Of a stretch of 46,474 bases of DNA, positions 1 through 9,384 are shown one piece after another; positions within the stretch are counted from its first letter, which is position 1, and every line of letters begins with the position of its first letter. The notes beneath the pieces are model-generated. The model searched no databases and had not been told where the DNA came from. It saw only the letters and a program-made list of their open reading frames with translations. The position numbers were made by a program, and so were the translations under genes. The stretch comes from a bacterium (GTDB taxonomy: Bacteria > Hydrothermota > 32-111), in the NCBI GenBank assembly GCA_050239825.1, contig JBFXGO010000016.1, forward strand, positions 1 to 46,474, given 5' to 3'.

Positions 1-2
1 GG

Positions 3-670
3 GGTGTCTATGTTTCAGGAGATTATGCCTATGTTGCTGATCGTAGTTCTGGTTTACAGATAATAGATATCTCAAATCCGTCAAGCCCAACCCTTAAAGG
101 TAGCTATAATACACCGGGTTATGCATTGGGTGTCTATGTTTCAGGCAGTTATGCCTATGTTGCCGATTCTTATGATGGTTTACAGATAATAGATATCTCA
201 AATCCTTCAAGCCCAACCCTAAAAGGGAGCTATGATACACCGGGTTATGCATTGGGTGTCTATGTTTCAGGCAGTTATGCCTATGTTGCTGATGATAGTT
301 CTGGTTTACAGATAATAGATATCTCAAATCCTTCAAGCCCAACCCTTGCAGGAAGCTATGATACACCGGGGTGGGCTTATGGTGTCTATGTTTCAGGCAG
401 TTATGCCTATGTTGCTGATGATTATTATGGTTTACAGATAATAGATATCTCAAATCCGTCAAGCCCAACCCTAAAAGGGAGCTATGATACACCGGGTTAT
501 GCTGTTGGTGTCTATGTTTCAGGCAGTTATGCCTATGTTACTGATGGTACTTCTGGTTTACAGATAATAGATATCTCAAATCCTTCAAGCCCAACCCTTG
601 CAGGTAGCTATGATACACCGGGGATTGCAAGAGGTGTCTATGTTTCAGGCAGTTATGCCTATGTTGCTGA
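3..670 (+). repeat. Intragenic 126-bp tandem repeat, 5 full copies plus a partial one
   Basis: ggtgtctatgtttcagg recurs at 3, 129, 255, 381, 507 and 633, with near nucleotide identity between copies. Confidence 0.97.
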
Positions 671-1544
671 GGAAAGCGCATTATATATTTTAGAGTTTAA
701 TTCCGACAATACTTTTCCAAGCGCATTTAACCTCATCTCACCGATAGGCAATATAACAGATGACACACCCACATACCTATGGAATAAATCTTATGATGAT
801 TATTTTTCCAATTACAAACTCTATGTAAACGACACATTGAAAGCGACGATAACAGATACGACATGGACTCAACCGGCGGGACTGACAGATGGCCAGTATG
901 TGTGGTATGTAATTGCATCTGACTCTGCAGGCAACACAACACAATCAACGCAGAGAGATACATTCTATCTTGATGCAGTTTTACCTACACCACCTGTACT
1001 TTTGAGCCCTGCGAATGGCACTAATGAAACAGTGCTGAACGCACTAATCTGGAGGAAGTCGACAGATGCGTATCCCGGAATAAGCGGATATAAGGTACAG
1101 ATAGATGAGGACTCACTCTTTGGAAGCCCGGACAGTGTATTGACAGCTGACACGAGCTATACACCTGTGTTAACGGAGGGGAGATACTATTGGCGTGTGA
1201 AGGCGATAAACCTGTTCAGCCATGAGAGCGAATGGAGTGCGATGTGGAGCTTTGTTTATGACACTAATCCTACAGGAATAGCAGAGAAGTATCTTGATGA
1301 GAAGAGGGTAATACCTGATAGGACTGAAGTGATAGTGACAATGACTGAGGTCAGATACACGAATACTGCAATGGAGAACATTTTTGCGGTTTATGACATC
1401 ACAGGCAATGTTATGCATAGCGAAGTGAACATCAGGACAGGCAAGCACAGCTACTCAACAGAACACCTTTCATCAGGCATATACTTCATAAGATTCAGAG
1501 ATGGAGAGAGACAGATAAACAGAAAGATGGTGATAATAAGGTAG
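3..1544 (+). CDS. LVIVD-repeat (beta-propeller) secreted protein with Ig/FN3-like domains and T9SS-type C-terminal domain; 5' end outside the window
   Basis: The frame is open from base 3, upstream of the ORF-track start at 126. 42-aa repeats GVYVSGSYAYVAD...GLQIIDISNPSSPTL.GSYDTPG, then Ig-like segments (LSPANG, GRYYWRVKA) and a C-terminus LSSGIYFIRFRDGERQINRKMVIIR typical of Por secretion tails. Confidence 0.85.
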   Translation, partial: GVYVSGDYAYVADRSSGLQIIDISNPSSPTLKGSYNTPGYALGVYVSGSYAYVADSYDGLQIIDISNPSSPTLKGSYDTPGYALGVYVSGSYAYVADDSSGLQIIDISNPSSPTLAGSYDTPGWAYGVYVSGSYAYVADDYYGLQIIDISNPSSPTLKGSYDTPGYAVGVYVSGSYAYVTDGTSGLQIIDISNPSSPTLAGSYDTPGIARGVYVSGSYAYVAEESALYILEFNSDNTFPSAFNLISPIGNITDDTPTYLWNKSYDDYFSNYKLYVNDTLKATITDTTWTQPAGLTDGQYVWYVIASDSAGNTTQSTQRDTFYLDAVLPTPPVLLSPANGTNETVLNALIWRKSTDAYPGISGYKVQIDEDSLFGSPDSVLTADTSYTPVLTEGRYYWRVKAINLFSHESEWSAMWSFVYDTNPTGIAEKYLDEKRVIPDRTEVIVTMTEVRYTNTAMENIFAVYDITGNVMHSEVNIRTGKHSYSTEHLSSGIYFIRFRDGERQINRKMVIIR

Positions 1545-1580
1545 AACGGAAAAAGGTAAAAGAGAAAGCAGTTTTCCCGC

Positions 1581-1621
1581 AGAGGGCGGTTTAAGTTTAA
1601 AAGCCGCCCTCTCTCTTTTTT
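1581..1621 (+). terminator. Rho-independent terminator
   Basis: Stem agagggcgg (1581-1589) / ccgccctct (1604-1612) followed by a T-run, 36 bp after the LVIVD gene stop. Confidence 0.75.
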
Positions 1622-1787
1622 CCCCGAGGTGTTCCAAGTCTCCGCTCAATATACCCATTAGCATAATCATCATTACTTGACAGATATATCTCTCGCTCAC
1701 TCTTCATTATTCGGTTCAATATCTCCTTCTTATTAATCTTATTATATACCACTCCTAATATTTTTACACAACTTTTATTATGCTCCT

Positions 1788-1984
1788 GAAAAAGCTGTTA
1801 ACAACTTCGTAAAAATAATAGACAAAGTGGCTAAGGAATCTCAGCTGAATGCCCAGCTGCTGAGGAGGTCTCAGCCTCAATAGAGGAGCAGACAGCTACA
1901 TCCAACAACATGACGGAGACAACCATGACGCTTTCGGGTCTTGCTGAGCAGATTAAAGCTCATGTTGCCAAATTCAAAGTCTGA
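1788..1984 (+). pseudogene. Methyl-accepting chemotaxis protein C-terminal remnant (frameshifted)
   Basis: Manual translation: EKAVNNFVKIIDKVAKESQLNA, frameshift near 1853, then AAEEVSASIEEQTATSNNMTETTMTLSGLAEQIKAHVAKFKV-stop (1982-1984). This resembles the MCP C-terminal methylation helix. No 5' part of the gene is present. Confidence 0.7.
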
Positions 1985-2057
1985 AAACTTCCCACACTCT
2001 AATCTGCTCTTTTCTTCCTTGTTTTTTAATTTGTTCAGGCGCTTGAAGTTCCATCCC

Positions 2058-2086
2058 TTGACTTTAATCATTTCTTTATATAAAAT
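2058..2086 (+). promoter_or_regulatory. Sigma70-type promoter for the alpha-2-macroglobulin gene
   Basis: TTGACT-17 bp-TAAAAT, then an AGGAG RBS before the ATG at 2111. Confidence 0.65.
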
Positions 2087-2110
2087 AAAACAAAAACACA
2101 AGGAGCGGAT

Positions 2111-5100
2111 ATGAAAAGAGTTTTGTTGCTCGCCTCAATAATCACGGTATGTTTGTCAATCTGCGCCGCGTATAATGTTCAGTATGCAGGCAATCAGTTT
2201 GACTTGCTTGTTAAGAAGAACGGGGAGGTAACTCTTCTCTCCTCCGTTCCCGCAAACAATACAATAGTCGACAGAAGGATAGATGAAATCATACTCACAT
2301 TCTCTGAGGACATACTTCCGCTCCAGTCGGTTGAAGACATTAAAATAAATTATACAATAGAGCCTGAGATGAAGGGGATATTCCGTCAGCGCGGAAAGAA
2401 CACTATTGTGTTCGTGCCTGCGAAGCCATTTGCGCCGGAGAAAAAATATACTCTCACTATAAAAAAGGGAATTCTCTCAATGGATTCATCTGTCCTGAAA
2501 AATGACATAAAACTGACAGTGGGGCCTGTGAATCTAAAGGTTGTCTATGCATCCAACACAACTATTCACCCTGACTCTTCTATTTATCTTATTTTAAACT
2601 ATCCGGTATTGATTGAAGAGCTCAAAAAAAGCATCACTTTGAAAGAAGGAGGCAGAGAGATTGAGTTTGAAGTAGTGAAATCCGGGAAGAAGAGGGATTA
2701 TTCATACTACTACTACAATAATTATTACTATACTGACAATGAAGATGATACTCTCACTCTGACAGCAATTGAGATAAAGCCGAAGAAGACTCTTAAAAGC
2801 TCAGGCACGTTCAAATTGAGCATTTACCTGAAAGATTACATGCGTAACAGCGAAGATTACACAATATACACACTCGGTGATTTCAAATACTTTCACCGCG
2901 AAAATATAGGAGCGGTATATTATAATTCAAATTCTTACATCAACATAGAGTTTTCAAATCCGGTGAAGACAGAAGAGATTTTCAAAAAAGTATTCTTTAT
3001 AAATGAGGGAAAGACAGAGTCTCTCTTTGACTACTACTACTTTTCCCAATCCCAGTATTTTTCTGCCTACAAAAAACTTGTACCGGGCGGCGACTACATG
3101 ATAAAGATTGGTGAGAATCTCAAAGATGTGCACGGAAGCATCATAAAGAATCCCGGTTTATACAGGATAACTGCCGGAGACTATTATCCCTTCGTCTCAT
3201 TTGACGGCGGATACTACAATCCCATAAATCGTCTGCTGCTCGGTTTCTCTCTGATGAATATGTCGGATTTTTCTCTCTTCATAAAAAACACGAGTGTCTC
3301 GGAGTTCATAAAAGAGATGGCAGGAGACAATTATGAATACTGGGACAAAAAATCATACAGAAATTGGAGCGGTAAAAAATACACTTTTGAAACAAAGAAA
3401 AATATTCTTTTTGAGGATACATTGGATGCGGAGCAGGATTTCGGAAGAAACCTCGACCTCGGAACAGGAATTGTCGAATATGTAATGGGTCGCGACACTT
3501 ATGATATTAACTTTACATATCAGGTCACTCCCCTCAGAATGCATTCAGTAATGACAAATAAGAACGGCTACATCTTTCTCACCGACAGAGGAGGCGTGGA
3601 ATTGATGAAGGGAGAATCAGATATCTTCATTTACAATGCCAAAGGGAGCCAGCTCTTCTCTGTACCTGTAAAGAATGGTATTCTTGAAATGACAAAACCC
3701 CAGATGAAATGGTTCACGGTGAAATACGGTGAAGCCGGAAAGTTCCTCTATGCCGAGCATAAAAATGAAAAACTTTTGATGTCATACTATCTTCCGGAAA
3801 AAGAGAAAGATTCGAGAGTATACCTCTTCACCGACAAAAACCTGTATAAACTTGCGGATTCTGTCTTTGTAACAGGGATTTTGAGGGATGTTGAGGGGAA
3901 TAATGTAAAATATTCATCTGTAAAAAAACTTTTCTATTCAGTCTATAATCCCGACTATAAAGAGGTATACAAAGGAACCGTCTCAACTGACAAAAGCAGT
4001 ATATTCTCTTTGAAAATAATGATACCGGATTCATTCAAGACAGGCTACTATTATGTCTCATTCACAGATAAAAAACTCTTCTCCTCACAGGTGTCATTTA
4101 CGGTGCAGGAATTCAAAGAACCCACATTCGAGATAAAGGTCACATCGGAAAAGATCATATTCAAAGCAAATGAGAAAGTGAAAATCGCAACAATCGCGAA
4201 TTACCTCTCCGGAATGAAGATGGCTGGAGATTCAATATACTCAACTCTTTTAATAAATCGTTCATCATTCTACTCGCAAAATTTTGCGGGATTCAATTTT
4301 TATATATCTAACGATACTGCAAAATTCAACTCTCAGAAGTTCGACAGAGCGGATACTCTAAGCGGAACCGGGGAGTTTCTGTATGAACAGAATGTGTATT
4401 ATCCCGAGGTGATGAATCCTCTCTACGGGCAGTACATAGGGTCAGTAAAGGGAATCGACAAAGAGGTAATATCTCAGTCGGTCTATTTTACGAAATATTC
4501 CCGGAATTCATACGCAGGGCTTAAAATTTCGAACATGAGCGATAAGGATGACTCAACACTCTTTGAGACAGCAGTGTGCGATAATGACGGGAACGGACTG
4601 AAAGGAAAGAAGCTCAAATTGAGAATAATTAGGCAGTATTCATACACTGATTCGGTGCCGGACACTCTCGCGGTTAAGAGTTTATCATCAAAAGTCTCTG
4701 CGGATTCTCTCTGGATGAAGCTTGAGAAGAGGGCATACTATACTGTCGAGCTTGAGTATGAGAAGACAAAGGTAATGCAGTCCTTCTACTACGGCTGGTG
4801 GTGGTATTATGACGAAGCAAAGACCATAACTATAACTCCGGATAAAGGACTTTATGAAATCGGAGAGATGGCAAGAGTGAAGATATATTCTCCTGTGAGC
4901 GATAAGAAGCATTACTACTATTTCAACACGGATTCCATTCTGGGAATTAACGAGGTAAAATTTGAAAATGACACATCTCTTATCGAGATTCCAATCACTA
5001 AAAATTTGATTAACGGATTCTATTTTACCGTATTTACTCTTTCCGAGGATACTTCCGAAAGAGAGAGGATGAGAACAGAGTATATAGATGTGTCATCCGA

Positions 5101-7594
5101 ATCAAAGCGCCTCTTGTTTGAAATGAAGACAGACAGGGAAGCATATCAGCCGAATGACACTGTGACAATAGAGCTTAAGACGGAGAATAAGAAGAGCGTC
5201 AATGCAATTATAACAGTTGTTGATGAAGCGGTGCTGATGCTTACGGGGTATTTATACCAGGACCCGATGAATGTTTTCTACGGTTACTATGAGAATGACG
5301 CCCGCTATGCAAATTCGACGAACCTTGCTTATCCATATTACTATTACGGCGACTGGAGAGGAGATTATGCTCTGGACGGTATGGCTCAGATGGCGCCCTC
5401 TCAGGCATACAAGATGACTGAAACAAGCGCTCTAGGGGATAAGGATGAACCAGAGTATGCAACAACAAAAGAATCGAAGAATGGAAACGAACCTCAGCCG
5501 GCGCTTCCGCAGAATGTCGCGATAAGAAAAGATTTCACACAGCTTCCTTTCTATACGACTAAGGTTGTATTTTCGAAAGGAAACGACGGGAATGTGAAGT
5601 TCCGCCTTCCGGACAACATAGGCAAATTCAGAATCAGCTGCGTAGTGATGACGGAAGATGAATTTAATGTGAAGTCCTCAGAGATAAGAGTGGAGAAGAA
5701 GATAATCATAAATCAATCCCTTCCTCTCTTTTTGAGGCCTTTTGACAAGGTGGATGCGGCTTTTGTAGTTCTCGACAACACTGAAACAGAAGGAGACATT
5801 GTTGTCGGCATCAATTCAGAGCAGATGAAATTCAGTTCAAAACAGAGTTCTAAGCAGAAACCCATCAACAACAAGACTCTTGCTCTCTTTAATGGAGAGA
5901 CAATGTTCGAGGATTCCGCAGTCTTTGTAATGTCTGCCGAAAAGGCAGGTTTCAGCGATTATGTTATGGTTTCGATACCTGTCATAAATCATAATCTATA
6001 TGAACACTCCTCTGTTTTTTCGTCAAGCGAGGAGAGCGTCAAGGAGCATATCAACATATCGAATGATATTGTTAAAGAAAAGAGCAGTATAACAGTCTCT
6101 CTCAATTCAACGATAATAGGCGGAATGGAGCTTCCTCTGGAGTACCTGAAAGATTACAGATACCTATGCCTTGAACAGAAGCTCTCAAGGGCATTTCCCT
6201 TTATAATCGGAGAAGAGGTTATAAATCTCTACAACCTGTCAAGCATAAAGAAAGACAAACTGAGAAAGTATGTATCAAACCTTCTTAAGGATGTAAGCAA
6301 GTGCCAATCCGGCAACGGAGGATTCAAATACTATGAGGATGACCAGTATGAGAGCGAATATCTATCCCTGTATGCCATGTATGTGCTACATTATGCATCA
6401 AAGGCCGGATACAACATTGATTCAGAAATACTAAACCGCGGACTGGAGTATATAGAGCTTCTTGTTGACAACAATTTCAACAATATCTGGAGCTACTCTG
6501 AAAATGCAAAACACTCTCTCCGCACGATGGCAGTTTACATAATGATGCTTTACGGCAAGAATGAATACAGGGATATAGTGAGTGAGGTTTACGAGAAGAG
6601 AGACAGGCTCTATCTGCCTGAAAAGGCGCGACTTTTGGAGGTTTTATCCGCATACTCTATGACAAGGGAGTATAATCAGCTTTTGTTAGAGATAAAGTCA
6701 AATGCGAAGATAGAATCCGCTTATGCATATTTTGACGACGGAGTCTATGACTGGTGGTTCTTCTCATCCGATCTGAAATCAACCGCAGTTGTTCTGACAA
6801 CCCTTATGCGCACGGAGAAGAAATACGAATATGCCGAATATGTGATGAACTTGTTCAACACACGGCTTAAGAAGGGCATGTGGATAAATACTCACACGAC
6901 AGCCCTTGTTCTTGAAGCAATAACCGAATACTACAGAATATATGAAAAGGAGACTCCGCTTTTCACTGCATATCTAAATCTGAATGAGAAGAGTCTTGCC
7001 GTAAAGAAATTCAGCGGAAGGAAGGATCAGAAATATTCATATGAAATAGAAGGAAGCGCGATGAAGGATTCAATGAATATTCTTGAACTGAAGAAAAACG
7101 GAAAGGGAAGAATGTACTATACCTTAAGAATGAAATATGCGCGGAACAAAGTTGAGCATGAGCTTTTCAACGGATTTGAAGTAAAGAGGGAATACCTTGA
7201 TTTGAAAGGAGATTCCGTGAAAGCATTCAAGAAGGGAGAGGTGTATCAGGTGAAGATAACCATAAAGACAAACAAATGGCGTTCCTTTGTCGTACTTGAA
7301 GATAATCTTCCTGCCGGATTTGAGGTTATAAAGAAAGAATTTGTCACAGAGTTTGCCAATCTCGCCCATTACAGTGGCAAGAGGTGGTGGTGGGGCGAAT
7401 TCTATCATGAGGAGTTTTACAGGGACAGAATTGTGGCAAATTCCATATACCTCTATGAGGGAACCCATGATTATACTTATTTTGTAAAGGCGAATGTCTC
7501 GGGAGAGTTCAATGCTCCTCCGGCAAATGTCTTTGAAATGTACACACCCGAAGTTTTCGGCTATACCTCGTCGAATATTATAAAGATTGAGTGA
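2111..7594 (+). CDS. Bacterial alpha-2-macroglobulin family protein with N-terminal Ig-like domain
   Basis: 1827 aa with signal peptide. MG-domain motifs LFTDKNLYK and FTVQEFKEPTFE, VVDEAVL, a bait-like region before IRKDF, LPDNIGKFRI, thioester motif CLEQ, and C-terminal LEDNLPAGFE / GEFNAPPANVFEMYTPEVFG. Confidence 0.93.
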   Translation: MKRVLLLASIITVCLSICAAYNVQYAGNQFDLLVKKNGEVTLLSSVPANNTIVDRRIDEIILTFSEDILPLQSVEDIKINYTIEPEMKGIFRQRGKNTIVFVPAKPFAPEKKYTLTIKKGILSMDSSVLKNDIKLTVGPVNLKVVYASNTTIHPDSSIYLILNYPVLIEELKKSITLKEGGREIEFEVVKSGKKRDYSYYYYNNYYYTDNEDDTLTLTAIEIKPKKTLKSSGTFKLSIYLKDYMRNSEDYTIYTLGDFKYFHRENIGAVYYNSNSYINIEFSNPVKTEEIFKKVFFINEGKTESLFDYYYFSQSQYFSAYKKLVPGGDYMIKIGENLKDVHGSIIKNPGLYRITAGDYYPFVSFDGGYYNPINRLLLGFSLMNMSDFSLFIKNTSVSEFIKEMAGDNYEYWDKKSYRNWSGKKYTFETKKNILFEDTLDAEQDFGRNLDLGTGIVEYVMGRDTYDINFTYQVTPLRMHSVMTNKNGYIFLTDRGGVELMKGESDIFIYNAKGSQLFSVPVKNGILEMTKPQMKWFTVKYGEAGKFLYAEHKNEKLLMSYYLPEKEKDSRVYLFTDKNLYKLADSVFVTGILRDVEGNNVKYSSVKKLFYSVYNPDYKEVYKGTVSTDKSSIFSLKIMIPDSFKTGYYYVSFTDKKLFSSQVSFTVQEFKEPTFEIKVTSEKIIFKANEKVKIATIANYLSGMKMAGDSIYSTLLINRSSFYSQNFAGFNFYISNDTAKFNSQKFDRADTLSGTGEFLYEQNVYYPEVMNPLYGQYIGSVKGIDKEVISQSVYFTKYSRNSYAGLKISNMSDKDDSTLFETAVCDNDGNGLKGKKLKLRIIRQYSYTDSVPDTLAVKSLSSKVSADSLWMKLEKRAYYTVELEYEKTKVMQSFYYGWWWYYDEAKTITITPDKGLYEIGEMARVKIYSPVSDKKHYYYFNTDSILGINEVKFENDTSLIEIPITKNLINGFYFTVFTLSEDTSERERMRTEYIDVSSESKRLLFEMKTDREAYQPNDTVTIELKTENKKSVNAIITVVDEAVLMLTGYLYQDPMNVFYGYYENDARYANSTNLAYPYYYYGDWRGDYALDGMAQMAPSQAYKMTETSALGDKDEPEYATTKESKNGNEPQPALPQNVAIRKDFTQLPFYTTKVVFSKGNDGNVKFRLPDNIGKFRISCVVMTEDEFNVKSSEIRVEKKIIINQSLPLFLRPFDKVDAAFVVLDNTETEGDIVVGINSEQMKFSSKQSSKQKPINNKTLALFNGETMFEDSAVFVMSAEKAGFSDYVMVSIPVINHNLYEHSSVFSSSEESVKEHINISNDIVKEKSSITVSLNSTIIGGMELPLEYLKDYRYLCLEQKLSRAFPFIIGEEVINLYNLSSIKKDKLRKYVSNLLKDVSKCQSGNGGFKYYEDDQYESEYLSLYAMYVLHYASKAGYNIDSEILNRGLEYIELLVDNNFNNIWSYSENAKHSLRTMAVYIMMLYGKNEYRDIVSEVYEKRDRLYLPEKARLLEVLSAYSMTREYNQLLLEIKSNAKIESAYAYFDDGVYDWWFFSSDLKSTAVVLTTLMRTEKKYEYAEYVMNLFNTRLKKGMWINTHTTALVLEAITEYYRIYEKETPLFTAYLNLNEKSLAVKKFSGRKDQKYSYEIEGSAMKDSMNILELKKNGKGRMYYTLRMKYARNKVEHELFNGFEVKREYLDLKGDSVKAFKKGEVYQVKITIKTNKWRSFVVLEDNLPAGFEVIKKEFVTEFANLAHYSGKRWWWGEFYHEEFYRDRIVANSIYLYEGTHDYTYFVKANVSGEFNAPPANVFEMYTPEVFGYTSSNIIKIE

Positions 7595-7630
7595 AGTGGG
7601 GGCTTGCACGAAGGTAAAGACAAATCATGT

Positions 7631-7657
7631 AAGGGAGGGTTTTAGACCCTCCCTTTT
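7631..7657 (+). terminator. Hairpin after A2M gene (terminator and/or REP-like palindrome)
   Basis: aagggagggt (7631-7640) / accctccctt (7646-7655) perfect 10-bp stem with a short T tail. Confidence 0.55.
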
Positions 7658-7834
7658 AATGTTGCTGCTGGTGGGCATAGCGTCGGCTCGCACACTCCGC
7701 TTCGCCGCTTTATCAAGATGGGATGTTGTGGGGACACACCGTAGGAATGTCCCCAAACCACTTGATGGGCGTCTGCGCGGAGCGTCCTCGCCGACTTGTA
7801 GCTTTCGAGTATCAATAAGTTATTTAATTGATTA

Positions 7835-7920
7835 AATCTTCACAAAGCATTGGCTGGGGTGTAATGTGCGCGAACGCACATGATAGAGTTATCGGGTTGC
7901 ACCAGAACTTTGTGAAGATT
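7835..7920. repeat. 86-bp element bounded by 13-bp perfect inverted repeats with an internal hairpin
   Basis: aatcttcacaaag (7835-7847) / ctttgtgaagatt (7908-7920); internal atgtgcg-cgaa-cgcacat (7864-7881). Confidence 0.6.
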
Positions 7921-8038
7921 ACTGTAAAGACAAAATATTAATCATCTCTCCGTATTTTGCTCATGGCACATGGCTCAGGGCTGACTTGGTGGCTATTGGC
8001 GCTCGCTCAGAAGAAGATAGTGGACTGGGATGACAGGA

Positions 8039-8410
8039 TCAGAATTCGGAAGATTCGAGGATATTCTCTATGTAATCAATTACAGGGTTATCTTTTTCAT
8101 AGGATATTCCGATGAAATCAAATCTGTAACTCATGTCGGAGAATTCTCTGTGCAGATTAAGCCAGCATTTTGCGGTAAAGAGCATCTTCTTTGCTTTGAA
8201 AGGCGTTATAGCATCTCTGGGCGACCCCTTGATTTCAGACCTTCTCAGCTTGACCTCGACAAAAACTATGGTATTCTCCTTCCTGCAAATAATGTCAATC
8301 TCACCACCCCTTCCTGCGTGGAAATTTCTCTGAATAACAAAAAAGCCCCTCTTCTTGAGAAAAAGAGAGGCTTTATCTTCGCCGTAATCTCCAAGATTTT
8401 TAGTGCCTAT
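8039..8410 (-). CDS. yraN: YraN family (UPF0102) endonuclease
   Basis: LGDYGEDKASLFL, RNFHAGRGGEIDII, IVFVEVKLR, YRFDFIGI; canonical position after rnhB. Start placed at an ATA 5 nt downstream of GGAGG rather than at 8545. Confidence 0.88.
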   Translation of the reverse strand: MGTKNLGDYGEDKASLFLKKRGFFVIQRNFHAGRGGEIDIICRKENTIVFVEVKLRRSEIKGSPRDAITPFKAKKMLFTAKCWLNLHREFSDMSYRFDFIGISYEKDNPVIDYIENILESSEF

Positions 8411-9038
8411 TGAAACCTCCGAAAAATGTTGTGAATATCTCCCTAATTGGAGAGAATGTCTTCCTGTGTATTTCACAGGGGCCTCTCCTTCTGACTGTTT
8501 CAACATGTTTGTTGGTGGCATATCCTTTGTTTGACTGAAAATCATACTCAGGATACTCCATCCCGTAAAACTCCATTATCCTGTCCCTGTGAACTTTAGC
8601 CACTATAGATGCTGCCGCTATTGAAATAGATTTTGCATCTCCCTTGATTATATTTTCCTGCTTTACCGGAAGGTCAGGTATGGGATAACCGTCAACAAGA
8701 ACTATATCAGGCATTACCGGAAGTTTCTTTATTGAGCGGAGCATTGACAGGTATGTGGACTGGAGTATGTTCATCTTGTCTATCAGAACATTGTCAACAT
8801 AACCCACTCCCACAGCAAGCGCTTTCTCCATTATCTCATGGTATAACTCCTCCCTTTCTTCAGGAGTGAGCTGTTTTGAATCATTGATTCCCTTTATTCT
8901 GACATCTTCGGAAAATATAACTGCAGCGGCAACCACAGGTCCTGCCAAAGGACCTCTTCCGGCTTCATCAACACCGGCTATGTAGTAGCAGTGGTTGCTC
9001 CACCACTTCTCTTCGAATTTCCTGAGGTTTTCAGTCAA
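8400..9038 (-). CDS. rnhB: Ribonuclease HII
   Basis: AGVDEAGRGPLAGPVVAAAV, DSKQL, KGDAKSISIAAASIVAKVHRD, NKGY, HRKTF. Confidence 0.98.
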   Translation of the reverse strand: MTENLRKFEEKWWSNHCYYIAGVDEAGRGPLAGPVVAAAVIFSEDVRIKGINDSKQLTPEEREELYHEIMEKALAVGVGYVDNVLIDKMNILQSTYLSMLRSIKKLPVMPDIVLVDGYPIPDLPVKQENIIKGDAKSISIAAASIVAKVHRDRIMEFYGMEYPEYDFQSNKGYATNKHVETVRRRGPCEIHRKTFSPIREIFTTFFGGFNRH

Positions 9039-9384
9039 CTTTAACTGCCGCCTTTCCTGTTCTCTTTCTCATGTAGGTAAGCTTTGCCCTTCTGACTATG
9101 CCCTTCTTTATGACCTTGACATCGGAGACAGCGGGGGAGAATAAGGGAAAAATTCTCTCTATTCCTACGCCCTGAGATATCTTTCTTACGGTAAATGTCT
9201 TCTTTGTGCCTGCGCCTTTCTTTGATATCACAATTCCTCTGTACTTCTGAATTCTTGTCTTTCCGCCCTCTTCTATTTTCACGGACACATCAACCGTGTC
9301 TCCAACATTGAATGGAGAATCATCATGTTTTTTTGTCTGTGTTTCAAAGTCTTTCTGAATCTTGTCAATGTTTAGCTTTGCCAT
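9031..9384 (-). CDS. rplS: 50S ribosomal protein L19
   Basis: FNVGDTVDV, EGGKTRIQ, TFTVRKISQGVGIERIFPLFSP, VRRAKLTY. Confidence 0.98.
   Translation of the reverse strand: MAKLNIDKIQKDFETQTKKHDDSPFNVGDTVDVSVKIEEGGKTRIQKYRGIVISKKGAGTKKTFTVRKISQGVGIERIFPLFSPAVSDVKVIKKGIVRRAKLTYMRKRTGKAAVKVD

Noticed and set aside
94..492. His-rich repetitive minus-strand ORF
   Set aside because: Antisense shadow of the 126-bp LVIVD repeats.
3..670. Possible CRISPR array
   Set aside because: The period is 126 bp, in frame and protein-coding, with no unique spacers and no cas genes.
7587..7835. 82-aa ORF after A2M
   Set aside because: Runs through palindromic elements with atypical composition and has no recognisable motif.
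8030..8413. 127-aa plus-strand ORF
   Set aside because: Antisense to the well-supported yraN.
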